NCBI GenBank assembly: GCA_028534125.1
Contig: CM052817.1
Location: 106,952,001-107,016,000 of the forward strand
Origin: Lama glama
Lineage: Eukaryota
Direction of reading: 5' to 3'
DNA length: 64,000 nucleotides
In this document: positions 54,165 through 64,000 of the stretch, in pieces
How the letters are laid out: every line of letters begins with the position of its first letter
Position numbering within the stretch: the stretch's first letter is position 1
Made by a program: the position numbers and the translations under genes
Notes under the pieces: model-generated
What the model was told of the DNA's origin: nothing
The model's database searches: none
What the model saw: the letters and a program-made list of their open reading frames with translations, nothing else

Positions 54165-54480
54165 CTCCTGCAAGCTACAAGGAGAAACCTTGAAGACATT
54201 ATGCTAAGTGCAATAATTCCGTCACCAAAAGACAAGCACGGTACGATTCCGCTGATCTGAAGTCCCCAGGGCAGTCAACTTCCCAGACTGGGCGGGGACG
54301 GTGGGTGTCAGGGGCTGGGGACGGGAAGCGAGGAGCTGTGTTTAACGTGCGCGGAGCTCCAGCTGGGGAAGTCCCAGCTCCAGAGATGGACGGTGGCGAT
54401 GCCTACATAAGGTTGGGGATGTATTTAATGCCACTGACTGTACACTTAAACATGGTTGGAAAGGCTAAATTTTAGTGTTA
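54165..54480 (+). mobile_element. Old L1 (L1MB-like) 3' UTR fragment
   Basis: aaccttgaagacattatgctaagtg...atttaatgccactgactgtacacttaaacatggtt. Confidence 0.8.
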
Positions 54481-54900
54481 CACGCAATTGATGACACACA
54501 CAAATGAAAAGGGCGATCCAAGAACTAAATCATCACGGTCTATACCTGTCACCCATTGAGCCCGTGTCCCAAGTGTCCCTGTGGCAGAAGCCCCCCTCCA
54601 GGAGGGTTTAAGTCAAATCAGCCCCATGTTGACAGGGGCCCACATTTTAGATGAAGGTTCGCCTGTCTCTGCTGCTCATGTCTCCAGAAAAACGTGATAC
54701 TTCTCTGCAGAAGGAAACTCGCCTGATAGGGGAGGCCGACAGGTGAAGTGGAGAACCACACCCCTGCCAGGCGCCCCTGCCGTTCTGTGTTGAGACTCAC
54801 ATGATTCCTCTCGCCACCTGGCCTTGTGCCCAAAACCTACATATTTTAAAACTCACGAGTGCAATACCTAAATTTTACCACCCATTCTACCCTGTACATT

Positions 54901-55047
54901 TCTGTTATTTTTTTAACATTTCTTTTTGGGGGGGGTAGGTAATTAGGTTTATTTGCTTATTTATTTTTAGAGGAGGTACTGGGGATTGAACCCAGGACCT
55001 TGCACATGCTAAGCATGCTCTCTACTGCTTGAGCCACACCCTCTCCC
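54901..55047 (-). mobile_element. tRNA-Ala-derived SINE with target-site duplication
   Basis: gaggtactggggattgaacccaggacct...gagccacaccctc; flanks accctgtacatt (54889-54900) / accttgtacatt (55049-55060). Confidence 0.88.
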
Positions 55048-58000
55048 GACCTTGTACATTGAAATACAATTATACCAGGTTACTATGTGCCAAACACTGC
55101 TTAAGAAATGAAATACAAACTGGAGATTTAGGAGGATCCCATAGTATAGATTTTACACAAACAAACATAAATTACACTGAGCCTGAATTTGGGGTACGTT
55201 TACCCTATTCCTTAACCACCTGGATTCAGCAAGTAGCATTAAATAGATCCAGCTGGAGAAAGGACCATGTAGCAACTTGCTGCCTGTGTTAGGAATATCT
55301 AATGACTTGCAAATTATCAGTAACAAAGACCCAAAAGATCGAGATTACATACACACTTCAAGAAATTACTTAATATAAAACCTTCCCAAGCTACAGTGAG
55401 AACCACTGCATTCATTCACTTTTTCCAACTAAAGTATTCCCTTTCTAATTACTATGAAATTGAGAAAAATGGTCTGTTCTCAGTAATTATTAACCACATT
55501 TACGATTAATATGTGTTTATTTATTTATAATATCTATAGTGTTTATCCATAGATCTCCATTTGCTTTACAAACATTTAATTAAGCTTGGTCAAAACCCAA
55601 GGGAATCAATAAAATAAAGCATTCATCTTTCACAGAAAAATAAACTGTGTAAGATTAAAGAGTTAGTACACAAAATAGAACTCCAGGTTTCTATTTCATT
55701 TCCTTTACTTACTCACTATCCAGATACTGACTTTTCCCTCTCTTCCCCCTACCCTAGAGGAAACACTATAGAGGTTGGAGGAAATCTGTGGGAGAGGCAG
55801 GAAGAATTTCTTCTTCGATACTGGGAACAAAATGTTCTACAAATCTGATTCCCAATGTTTTATTGTTCACCAAAGAGAAGACATCTAAAGACACTATTTT
55901 CTATATGACCAGACCAAATCCATTAAGTACTAAGCCAATGCAAAACACAGTTACTGTGCTCGGTATGGTCAGAAGTTTCACTTCTCTTTTCCTAAACCCA
56001 ATACATCCCCCCATTAGCATTATGATATCTTTCTTTAAAAAATATGATTATCTGACAAATTCTTCACATCGTAACTCAACTCCTCGTTTCACATCATCTA
56101 GCCCAGCCCCAGGGGAACCTCAGACAGGCGTTCCCCCGCCCCACTACGCGCACACACACCCTCCTCACAGAGGAGATCCAGGCTAGAATTTTTTTTTCTA
56201 CTTTGACCAATAAAACGGTACTTCACATTCATTATCAAAATTATTTAATTATGAAATAAAAGGAGAGATATCAACACCAGGCCTGATACATAATAAGTGT
56301 TGAATAAATATCTGAGTTTAATTTAAATACGGGCTTTAGACATACTAGGAATTGTGACTTGAATTAGCACTTTGTATCAGAAAGAGCTGACTGAGAGTCC
56401 AAGAAAGATTACCCAGCTACACTCTAAAGACAGGTTCCAAAGACATCCTGGGGCTATTTTTTCTTTAATAACAAAGTACCTGACTACAAACTGTTTATGT
56501 TGCACCTGATTCCTAACTGGAACACTAATGTAACCTACCTGTAATAACCATGCTCAATATTTACACAGACCGTGTTAGAAGAGGAAGATTAAAGAATGGC
56601 ACGAAATGGAGACATGCAGAAAAACCAATAAAAATAAGCCTATAAGTCAGTAAGAAATTCCAACATAAAGATTGGGGGTTTTCAAAATGCACTTATTTGA
56701 AAAACAAACAGACTTTAACGGCTGATTTAACAAAGCTTACCTCATTCCCCAGAACCTGTTTTAAGAAAAGACCAGACTTCATCTCCAAACACTCAAGGTT
56801 CAGAGGCGGAGTCCTTGCACACGGGCTGCAAATCATTTCACCGCTTCTTCTCAGGGCCGGGCCTCAGCGTGGCTCCTGACTTCAGTATTTCATTGAGCAA
56901 CATTCCAAATGTTAATACAGATGACTATCTTCATCACTAATTTGGCACGTGACCTAGTCCCTTATGATGAATGTTTGCACGAGCACCATAAATTGTTAAT
57001 TATCCCTTGATTTTTAACACAAAGAGACATATTGGCCAGAAATATTGGAATATGGAATGTAATACTGGAAATACGGGAATGTAAGTGCACTGAAGGTGGG
57101 GACCACACCACATTATTTTATTTCTCTGATACTGTTGGTGATAAATTATGTTTCATCCCTAGTACTCCACACACAGCAACTGCTCAAAGAATGAAGGCAG
57201 AAGTGATTCCACTTAAACTTTTTCAAAAGTAAGCTGTGAAGTATTATCACGCCGGCTTTAAGATGAGGAGACAGGCAAAGGGCAGTTAGTTGTGCAACCT
57301 AAAAAGATGTCCAACGTGCTTGCTGACAAAATTCGGTGTTTTAAACAACTTGGCAGGTGCAAAGGGCAGGTGAAAATCAGCAAATCTAAATGTAATGGGG
57401 ATAAATACAAACACCTCCAGGTGCACCATGCAAACGCCACACGTGCAAGCACAGGGCAAGGAGACGAGGCTGGAGGCCCGATTCACGGTGGGGCGGGTTG
57501 AGGCGGGAAGGGTTACCTGGCAGAGCGAGCAGGCCTAAAACGCTATGCGAGTCGATGCACGAGGACTTAACGCCCTAACGTCATGTCAGGCCACACCCAG
57601 ACACACAAGGTCCGGAGCAGGGAAGACGGGAGGTTCTGCTGCAGCCTGCACTGCAGGGCCTGGCAGGGCTGCCTGTACTTCACAGCAGCCCGTCCACAGT
57701 GAGTAACTGTGACGTCCCAAACGGCAGAAAACCTGCATGATTAAGGTGTTCAGAAAAGTTCTAAGAAGTGAGGAATGTGTAACCTGGAGAAGAGGCTTAA
57801 CAGAGCAGGTCTCTTTAAATAACCTGCAGCATGGTTACATGAAAATGGAATATGAATATTCATTTGTTGCTTTAAAAGATACCTAGAACCATAAACGAAA
57901 CTGACAGAGAGGCACAGTTCAGCTAAACATCAGGAAGTTTCTTCAGAATTAGGTCTTTCCTACAATAAACAAGAACCACTGAGATGTACAAAACCCTCAC

Positions 58001-61000
58001 TTTGTACCAGGCAGTAGGGGACAATTTTGACACACGTGATGTATGGACTGTCTTGCAAATATCAGTGCTAAGTGTAATTAAAGATCTTAGAGCAGAGGAT
58101 GCCAGTGATGACGCAGAAAAAACAGATAAATTGTATTTAGTGGACTGACTGGGAGACTCCTCAAATCTTTTCAAGTTAAGGTCATCTTCCGGGAACACGG
58201 CTGTTCCCAAACACGGGCTGCAGCAAGGCGGGAGGAGGGGTAAAATGGCTCAGAACGACAGAAGGAGAGAGGCCAGCTGAACGGAACTGAATCAACCACG
58301 GGATAAGAGTTCCTGGTGGTAACTGCCCTTTATTCCGAGATCCCTGTCATCCTACTTTGGTGGTTGGAGAGGGATAATAAAATGCCCTTACTTCTTAAAA
58401 ATAACAGTAATAACCAAACAATAGTTTAGAGGTTTTCTTTTTATCATCCCTCACTTTGCAAATTCAGTGTTTCCAAACTTAGAAAAAGGTAAGTAAAGGG
58501 TGATTTTCTTAATGGTGCCAATCATCTGAATTAAAAGTTGTACATAACTAGAAAATCAGTTTTATAGAAGGTTTTTAACCCCTCTGAAATCATTTAATAC
58601 ATGTTTTCAATATTATTAAATATCACCAACACACTTCCAGTGTTTTCTGGTGCAGAAGCTAATAGTTTCAAGATGATTTTTTTTCCTTTAATCTCTAAAA
58701 ACGACTACTTATAGACAACTCTAAGTTGTGCTGGTTCATTAGTCGTACTCACAAAAGATCTTCTAGCAAGATTTGGCTTGTTACTTACAATATGAGTGGA
58801 CCTAACATTTAAAATACACCAATTAATGACACAGTCATCCTTTGTTATGTAATGGTGCTAATTAGCACTGAAAACCCTTTTCTGTATTGGGATGAGGTAG
58901 AAAGGTTAAAAGGGGAAACAATGCTGTGCTTTATTGGTGAGAGATGCGAGGTTCAAAAAGGGAAAACCTAACTGCAACAGAAAAGACTGATGAGTCAATC
59001 GAAGCCCAGCCCACACTCGGGTCCATCTCTTTCAAAGGTACTTAACTAGTCGGCATTAAAGTGGCTGAATTATTTGATATATCTCTTTAAGATCAAACTT
59101 AAAGTGTAAGTAACATAAAAGCAATGTATGTTAAATTCACTTTCAAAATATACTGATTTTATGTGTCGAGAACAGAAAAGACCTGTGTCTTTGTTTGGCT
59201 TTGCCTGAGGGACCATGAACGTTGAACATGTCACTTGACACCCTGACCTTAGGATGTTTATCTCCTAACTGGAGACACCATCACGGAGCCTTCAGAACTG
59301 TAGAAAGTTCTGACTGACGAAAAAACAGCAGCCATCTGGTATATATCATAAGCCTTCAATAAGGGTCAACCTTATTCCTTCCAAGATAGTCTAAAAACTC
59401 AAGTAGTGCTGAAGGGTTGGCCAACCCCCTCATTAATGCCGGACAGACGGCCAGGATTAACCCCCTTACGCAGATACCCTTGTATAGAATTGTTAACGCA
59501 GGCGAATCTATGATGCCTCTCCTAGAAATATTAAGTGATGCTAATTCTAGGAGTTGGACCCAAAGACAGCAGCACAGAACCAAGATACTGCCGACCCCCT
59601 GCTGCAGGAGCACAGCCCTGTGCACAAGGCACACGATGACCAGCACATGAGATGCTCTGAGCTTTCAAAGACTCAAGTGACCCTGCAGGAATTTAATTTT
59701 TAACAAACATGTTCTCATTTTTAAAATCTGATGTCTTCAAACAAATAGCAAAAGGTGTAAGTTTTCACAATGATCCAATCATCTCCATTGTAAAAGAAAA
59801 GGGGCAGGTTTTATACAAGGCAGCATTCATCCGCAGACTTCACTGCTAGGAACAGAGCTGGGACCGCCCCTCTGATGTCATTAAATATATTCCAGACAGG
59901 AAATGCTTCCAAGTAAATTTGCCTGGAAAATAATTAAACATAGACGATTGTCTCAACATAGAAAATATTTTAGATGCCACAGAAATTTTTTAAATGTTCT
60001 CTTGAACAAGGAGCCAGTCGTCCAGTATGACCACATGAGCTTAACATGACATATTCCATCTTCCTTTTCATAAATGAATAAACAAACCACACATCTGATG
60101 TCTCCCACTCCTTAAAACCTCTGAGAAGGCAGAGTATTTTACCCATTCATATTTTAGTTGCACTCTGAAATTTTCAATTACTGCCATGCTGATATTTTAA
60201 AAGGATAATACTAGAATATTTAATTGTATATATCAGACAATTACAATTATTAGAACTGCTCACAACTGGCCCGGAGATTTATTTCCTGATTGTGCCCTCA
60301 AGTCACAGTTCACAGTATGAACACATAACCATAAACCTATAATGAAACACTGAACAGAGTAACGAGCCTTCACGCATTCGTTCTACACTTGACTCCAAGA
60401 CAAAGTGGGACAGGACAGGAAACAAGAAATCAGGTATGACCTTCAGAAATCATCCTGGTTAGTTCAACAGTGTGGTAGACATAAGCAAAATGTGCTGGGC
60501 ATTATATGAAATGCTTCCTAAAAAATTCCCTTAGAGCAAACATACAAAACCTGTTTTTCCTGATGGCTTGTATTTTACGGGTAACGTAAAGCAAAATAAA
60601 ATCTGCTGGACCAAAATTTTTAAACATACCATTCGATACAGTGGGATTTATAAAGACAAAATCCAAAACTAGTAGATATTAACATTACACAAAATAGTAG
60701 AAAGCACGGCATTTACAATAAAGGTAAAAGTACAGTAGGGAAGAAAATGAGACCAGTATTCAAAGGGGAAATTTCTCTAAGTGAGAAGTGATGCATGAAT
60801 CCATTGTGACCACTAACCCCACAGAATATTCACACTCATCTCAGCTTTTACCAAAGCACCCCCACCGCCTGAGACCCGGGAGCAGGGGCGCCACTTCCAG
60901 CCCCTCCCGAAGGCAGCCCTGCCCTTCCAGACAGTCTCCTGCAGCAGCTGACGGCCGACCCACACATTCCCAGAGCACAATCGTGAGTACCGAGCCACAC

Positions 61001-61408
61001 TCTGTGATGACAAAGGAAACTGGCCACTAGTGTCTCAACAAAAGCAAGACAAGTGGAAACATCTGAAAATAGCATATTTATTTAGACAAAAAAAGCAAAC
61101 AAAAAGAGCCAGTAAAAAGAGAGAGAGAGAAAGCTACTCAAAGTAGAGCCTAACAAAGACAGAATCCTGGAAAAACAGTACAAAGGTTTGAGAAGAAGTT
61201 TTAAATACATTGCTAGGTATTGGTTATTTATTTTGCACTATCAAACTGAAACAATTTGTAATAGATCACCCAAAAGATGTTGTTGAAACTACTGAGGGTG
61301 GTGATCTTTTTTGGAGGGTATGCGGGAGGGTGAGGATAGCAAACACTAGTCTTATTGGTATTAGCGGAAAACCAAAAGCTCATTTTTAAAAGTTACCCAG
61401 TATCAGAG

Positions 61409-61516
61409 TGGCGGGGTATAGCCAGTGGTAGGGTGCATGCTCGGCGTGCACAAGGTCCGGGTTCAATCCCCAGTGCTTCCGTTAAGGGGGAATAAAATTT
61501 AAAAATAAAAAAATAA
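61409..61516 (+). mobile_element. tRNA-Ala-derived SINE
   Basis: ggggtatagccagtggtagggtgcatgc...gggttcaatccccagtgcttcc plus A-rich tail. Confidence 0.82.
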
Positions 61517-62027
61517 TTGTTACCTCACAGACGCGTTACAGTTATGACTAAATCACACTTTCATGACACAAATTTTTGCATAAAAATTGTAAGTATTTTC
61601 TAATTCCACATAATGGCTCATAAATATCTTAATAGAGAAGGGGAGTCAGAGAACTTTCTGGAGGGGAGAGGGGAAGGGACTTCAAAAATAAAATTCCTAA
61701 AGAGAAAAATGCTCTAAATGAGAAATGCTGAATCAATTATGTAAAAGTATCTATCTTTAAAGATTGCTACAGTAACTACAAAATGGATTGCTGGTAACCA
61801 TCCAGTACAGTTAATGTATTTAGAACACAATTATTTAATGTAAAGCATTTTTAAATTCTTCTGATTCCACGCCAAGTTAGTTTGGGACCTTCCCATTTCC
61901 TCCCGGTTTCTACAAGGAAATTGAGCACAAGACGGAAAGGAAGCAAGGGAGGAACAAGGTCGGAGCCCAGGTCAGGGCCGCCCCCGGGCATGCCCTCGGA
62001 GTGCTCACCCTCACCGGGGCGCACCTG

Positions 62028-63092
62028 GGGTTTTCATGGAACACTCTTTCATTTTTTCTTTTTTTTTTTTTTAGTTTTGATGGAGATCCTGGTGATTGAA
62101 CCCAGGACCTTATGCATGCTAAGCAAACATTCTACCACTGAGCTATACCCCCACCTCCCATGGAACCCTCTTTTTATGTGAAAGAATAAATAGTGGACAA
62201 ACTGTGGCTATTCAGACTTGGGTATCTGGTAGGTATTTTCTTGAAAATGAACAAACTGAGCTTTTCACTTCGAGAAAAACAGCTGACGGCACTTTGGCAA
62301 GGATAAAATTTTAGCTTTCTAGTCAAAATTAGCCTTTTGGAAAACGTATATCCAACACCAAAAATTTGACAGCTTCCCAATAATTAAAGCCTTTTTTAAT
62401 GAGACAGTAGTGATAGTAACAAATATGATTTTTTTTGATACTGAATATAACATGCCAAAATTTGGAAGACCTAAATTCAGTGACCAACATGTGATGTTAA
62501 AAACTCACGCGTGAGCAGAAAGACTCACTCTGTCTGTAAGACCAATGGGTTTTGATAAAAGAAAAATTTAAAAATCTCACCAATGTGAGCTTTTCCTCCT
62601 GCAACTGAATCTTTAAGGAATTACCACTTGTCAAATTTTGGTGCAGTGTATCAGTAAGACTATTTGAAGAGGCTGTTCAGAATATCCCTCCCTTTTCCAA
62701 CTGCCTGTCTGTGTAAGGCACAGACTTGTTTCATGTACTTTACACACTCCAGCCAGAGGAGCTGCTCACAACAGACTGAACACGGACACAGGTAAGAGTC
62801 CTCTACTGGGCCAGACGTTCAGCGTATTTGCAAAACTATAAAACACGACCACTCCGCTTACGAATTTTTTTGTTTTGTAAATAGTTATTTTTCACTAAAA
62901 AGAAAACCTTTATGTTAACGGATGATGGGTTTATTATTTTTAACTAATCAACAAATATATATTTTTCAGTTTCTCAGTTTCAATTTCTAACATGTAATAA
63001 TAATTCATGTAAACGAAAGCTGGCTGGAGCCTTCAAAAGGTTTCCAGAATGTAAAGGAGGAGTTCCGAGATGGAAAAGTTTGACACCTGCTG
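62028..63092 (+). mobile_element. hAT-Charlie (Charlie1-like) DNA transposon remnant
   Basis: Degenerate transposase-like peptide LWLFRLGYLVGIFLKMNKLSFSL; ends with TIR-like aaaagtttgacacctgctg followed by ctctaagc, resembling the hAT target preference. Confidence 0.75.
62050..62158 (-). mobile_element. tRNA-Ala-derived SINE nested in a hAT remnant, with 15-bp TSD
   Basis: attgaacccaggaccttatgcatgctaagc...ctaccactgagctataccc; flanks catggaacactcttt (62035-62049) / catggaaccctcttt (62159-62173). Confidence 0.9.
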
Positions 63093-63440
63093 CTCTAAGC
63101 GATGAACTAGAAAATCATCAGCCTCTTGGCTCTTTTTCAGAATCGTGCCAGCAGCTGTCCTTAGATTCCTCTGAGACAAAACCCTGTAAAATACTACCTC
63201 AGCTGAACCTTCTCACAACTCAACCTACCTGCAGTCAGTACCGATACTAAAGTCAGTACCGGAGGTTAGGCAAACGATCGTCCCGAGCAGAAATGAGGAG
63301 ACCGAAGCTATCAAGTGCTCATCAGGGATGTCCACTGTCAAGGGCACATTACCATCAAGGGTACCAATGAGGCCCAAGTACTCTCTGCATCACGGTTGGC
63401 TGGCATGTGCTTATTTCCTAAACAGGTGGCGGGGGTGGCG

Positions 63441-63586
63441 GGGGTGGGGGGGTATAGCTCAGTGGTAGAGCACATACCTAGCAGGCATGAGGTCCTGGGT
63501 TCAATTCCCAGTACCTCCACTGAAAAAAAAAAAAGTAACTAAACCTAGTAATTATCTCCTCCCTACCCCGTCCCCCCCCCAAAAAT
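63441..63586 (+). mobile_element. tRNA-Ala-derived SINE
   Basis: ggtatagctcagtggtagagcacatacctagcaggcatgaggtcctgggttcaattcccagtacctcca plus tail. Confidence 0.9.
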
Positions 63587-64000
63587 GGACAAAATGATCT
63601 TCCTTCTAAAAGCTTTCCTGAATATTCCAAAATTCCTGATGATTCAAACAGTTTTTTTGACGGTTCAGTTTAAAAGTTTGCATAAAGAAATGGACAGAAA
63701 GTAGAAGGATGCCAGTATCAGTGAAAGGGAAATGTTATGGCTTATTTTGCGATTTTAACCTTATTTTCTAACACCCGTAAGTGTCTTCTGGATTGTACCA
63801 AAACCACAGGTGACCAATTATGACTGCAATCTGCACAGACACCTGAGTAAAAGTCAAGTCAACCTGAGTATTTTCTTTTTCATCTTCAAACCTTTCCCTT
63901 TGGAATTACTCGCTTATCGCTTGTTCCAATTAACAGTTCGCTTTTCAGCCTCAGCCCACTCTGCGATCGTGGGATTTCTCCCCTGGGCCAGCAACTCTAA

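Larger units (their letters stand above)
1..64000 (-). other. RAPGEF2: RAPGEF2 locus (partial): internal first exons, two constitutive coding exons and long introns. Downstream exons lie left of the window; exons of longer isoforms presumably lie to the right
   Basis: Three exons join in frame to give [123 protein letters not shown], matching my recollection of the RAPGEF2 N-terminus. Extension beyond ~50.7 kb is inferred from known longer isoforms. Confidence 0.93.

Noticed and set aside
63441..63520. tRNA-Ala-like sequences as tRNA genes
   Set aside because: Mismatched stems, A-rich tails and TSDs in several copies identify them as SINEs.
1..64000. CRISPR array, operon or other novel multi-gene system
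   Set aside because: Eukaryotic intron-dominated DNA with no regularly spaced repeats or long intact ORFs.

Overview
Mammalian genomic DNA, not microbial. The window lies inside the 5' part of RAPGEF2 (PDZ-GEF1/RA-GEF-1) on the minus strand. Three coding exons are clearly recognisable: first exon MKPLATPANHGVTGQQEKHS (49505-49564), LPADF...DIYQ (13561-13692) and ATESE...DDDI (5361-5538). All have canonical splice sites and compatible phases. Reading the minus strand by hand also gives a second candidate first coding exon (MAFLVRCYANCLQPWSSK, 50426-50479), a candidate frame-preserving 78-nt cassette exon (39425-39502) and a uORF whose stop overlaps the main ATG. The rest is intron, containing tRNA-Ala-derived SINEs (consistent with a camelid genome), L1 3' fragments, MIR/L2, a Charlie-type hAT remnant, microsatellites and a 500-N assembly gap. 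Nearly all ORFs in the supplied track are spurious. I found no new multi-gene system. The most interesting signals concern RAPGEF2 N-terminal isoform diversity and a few unusual retrotransposon structures. Repeat family names and boundaries are from visual recognition and are approximate.
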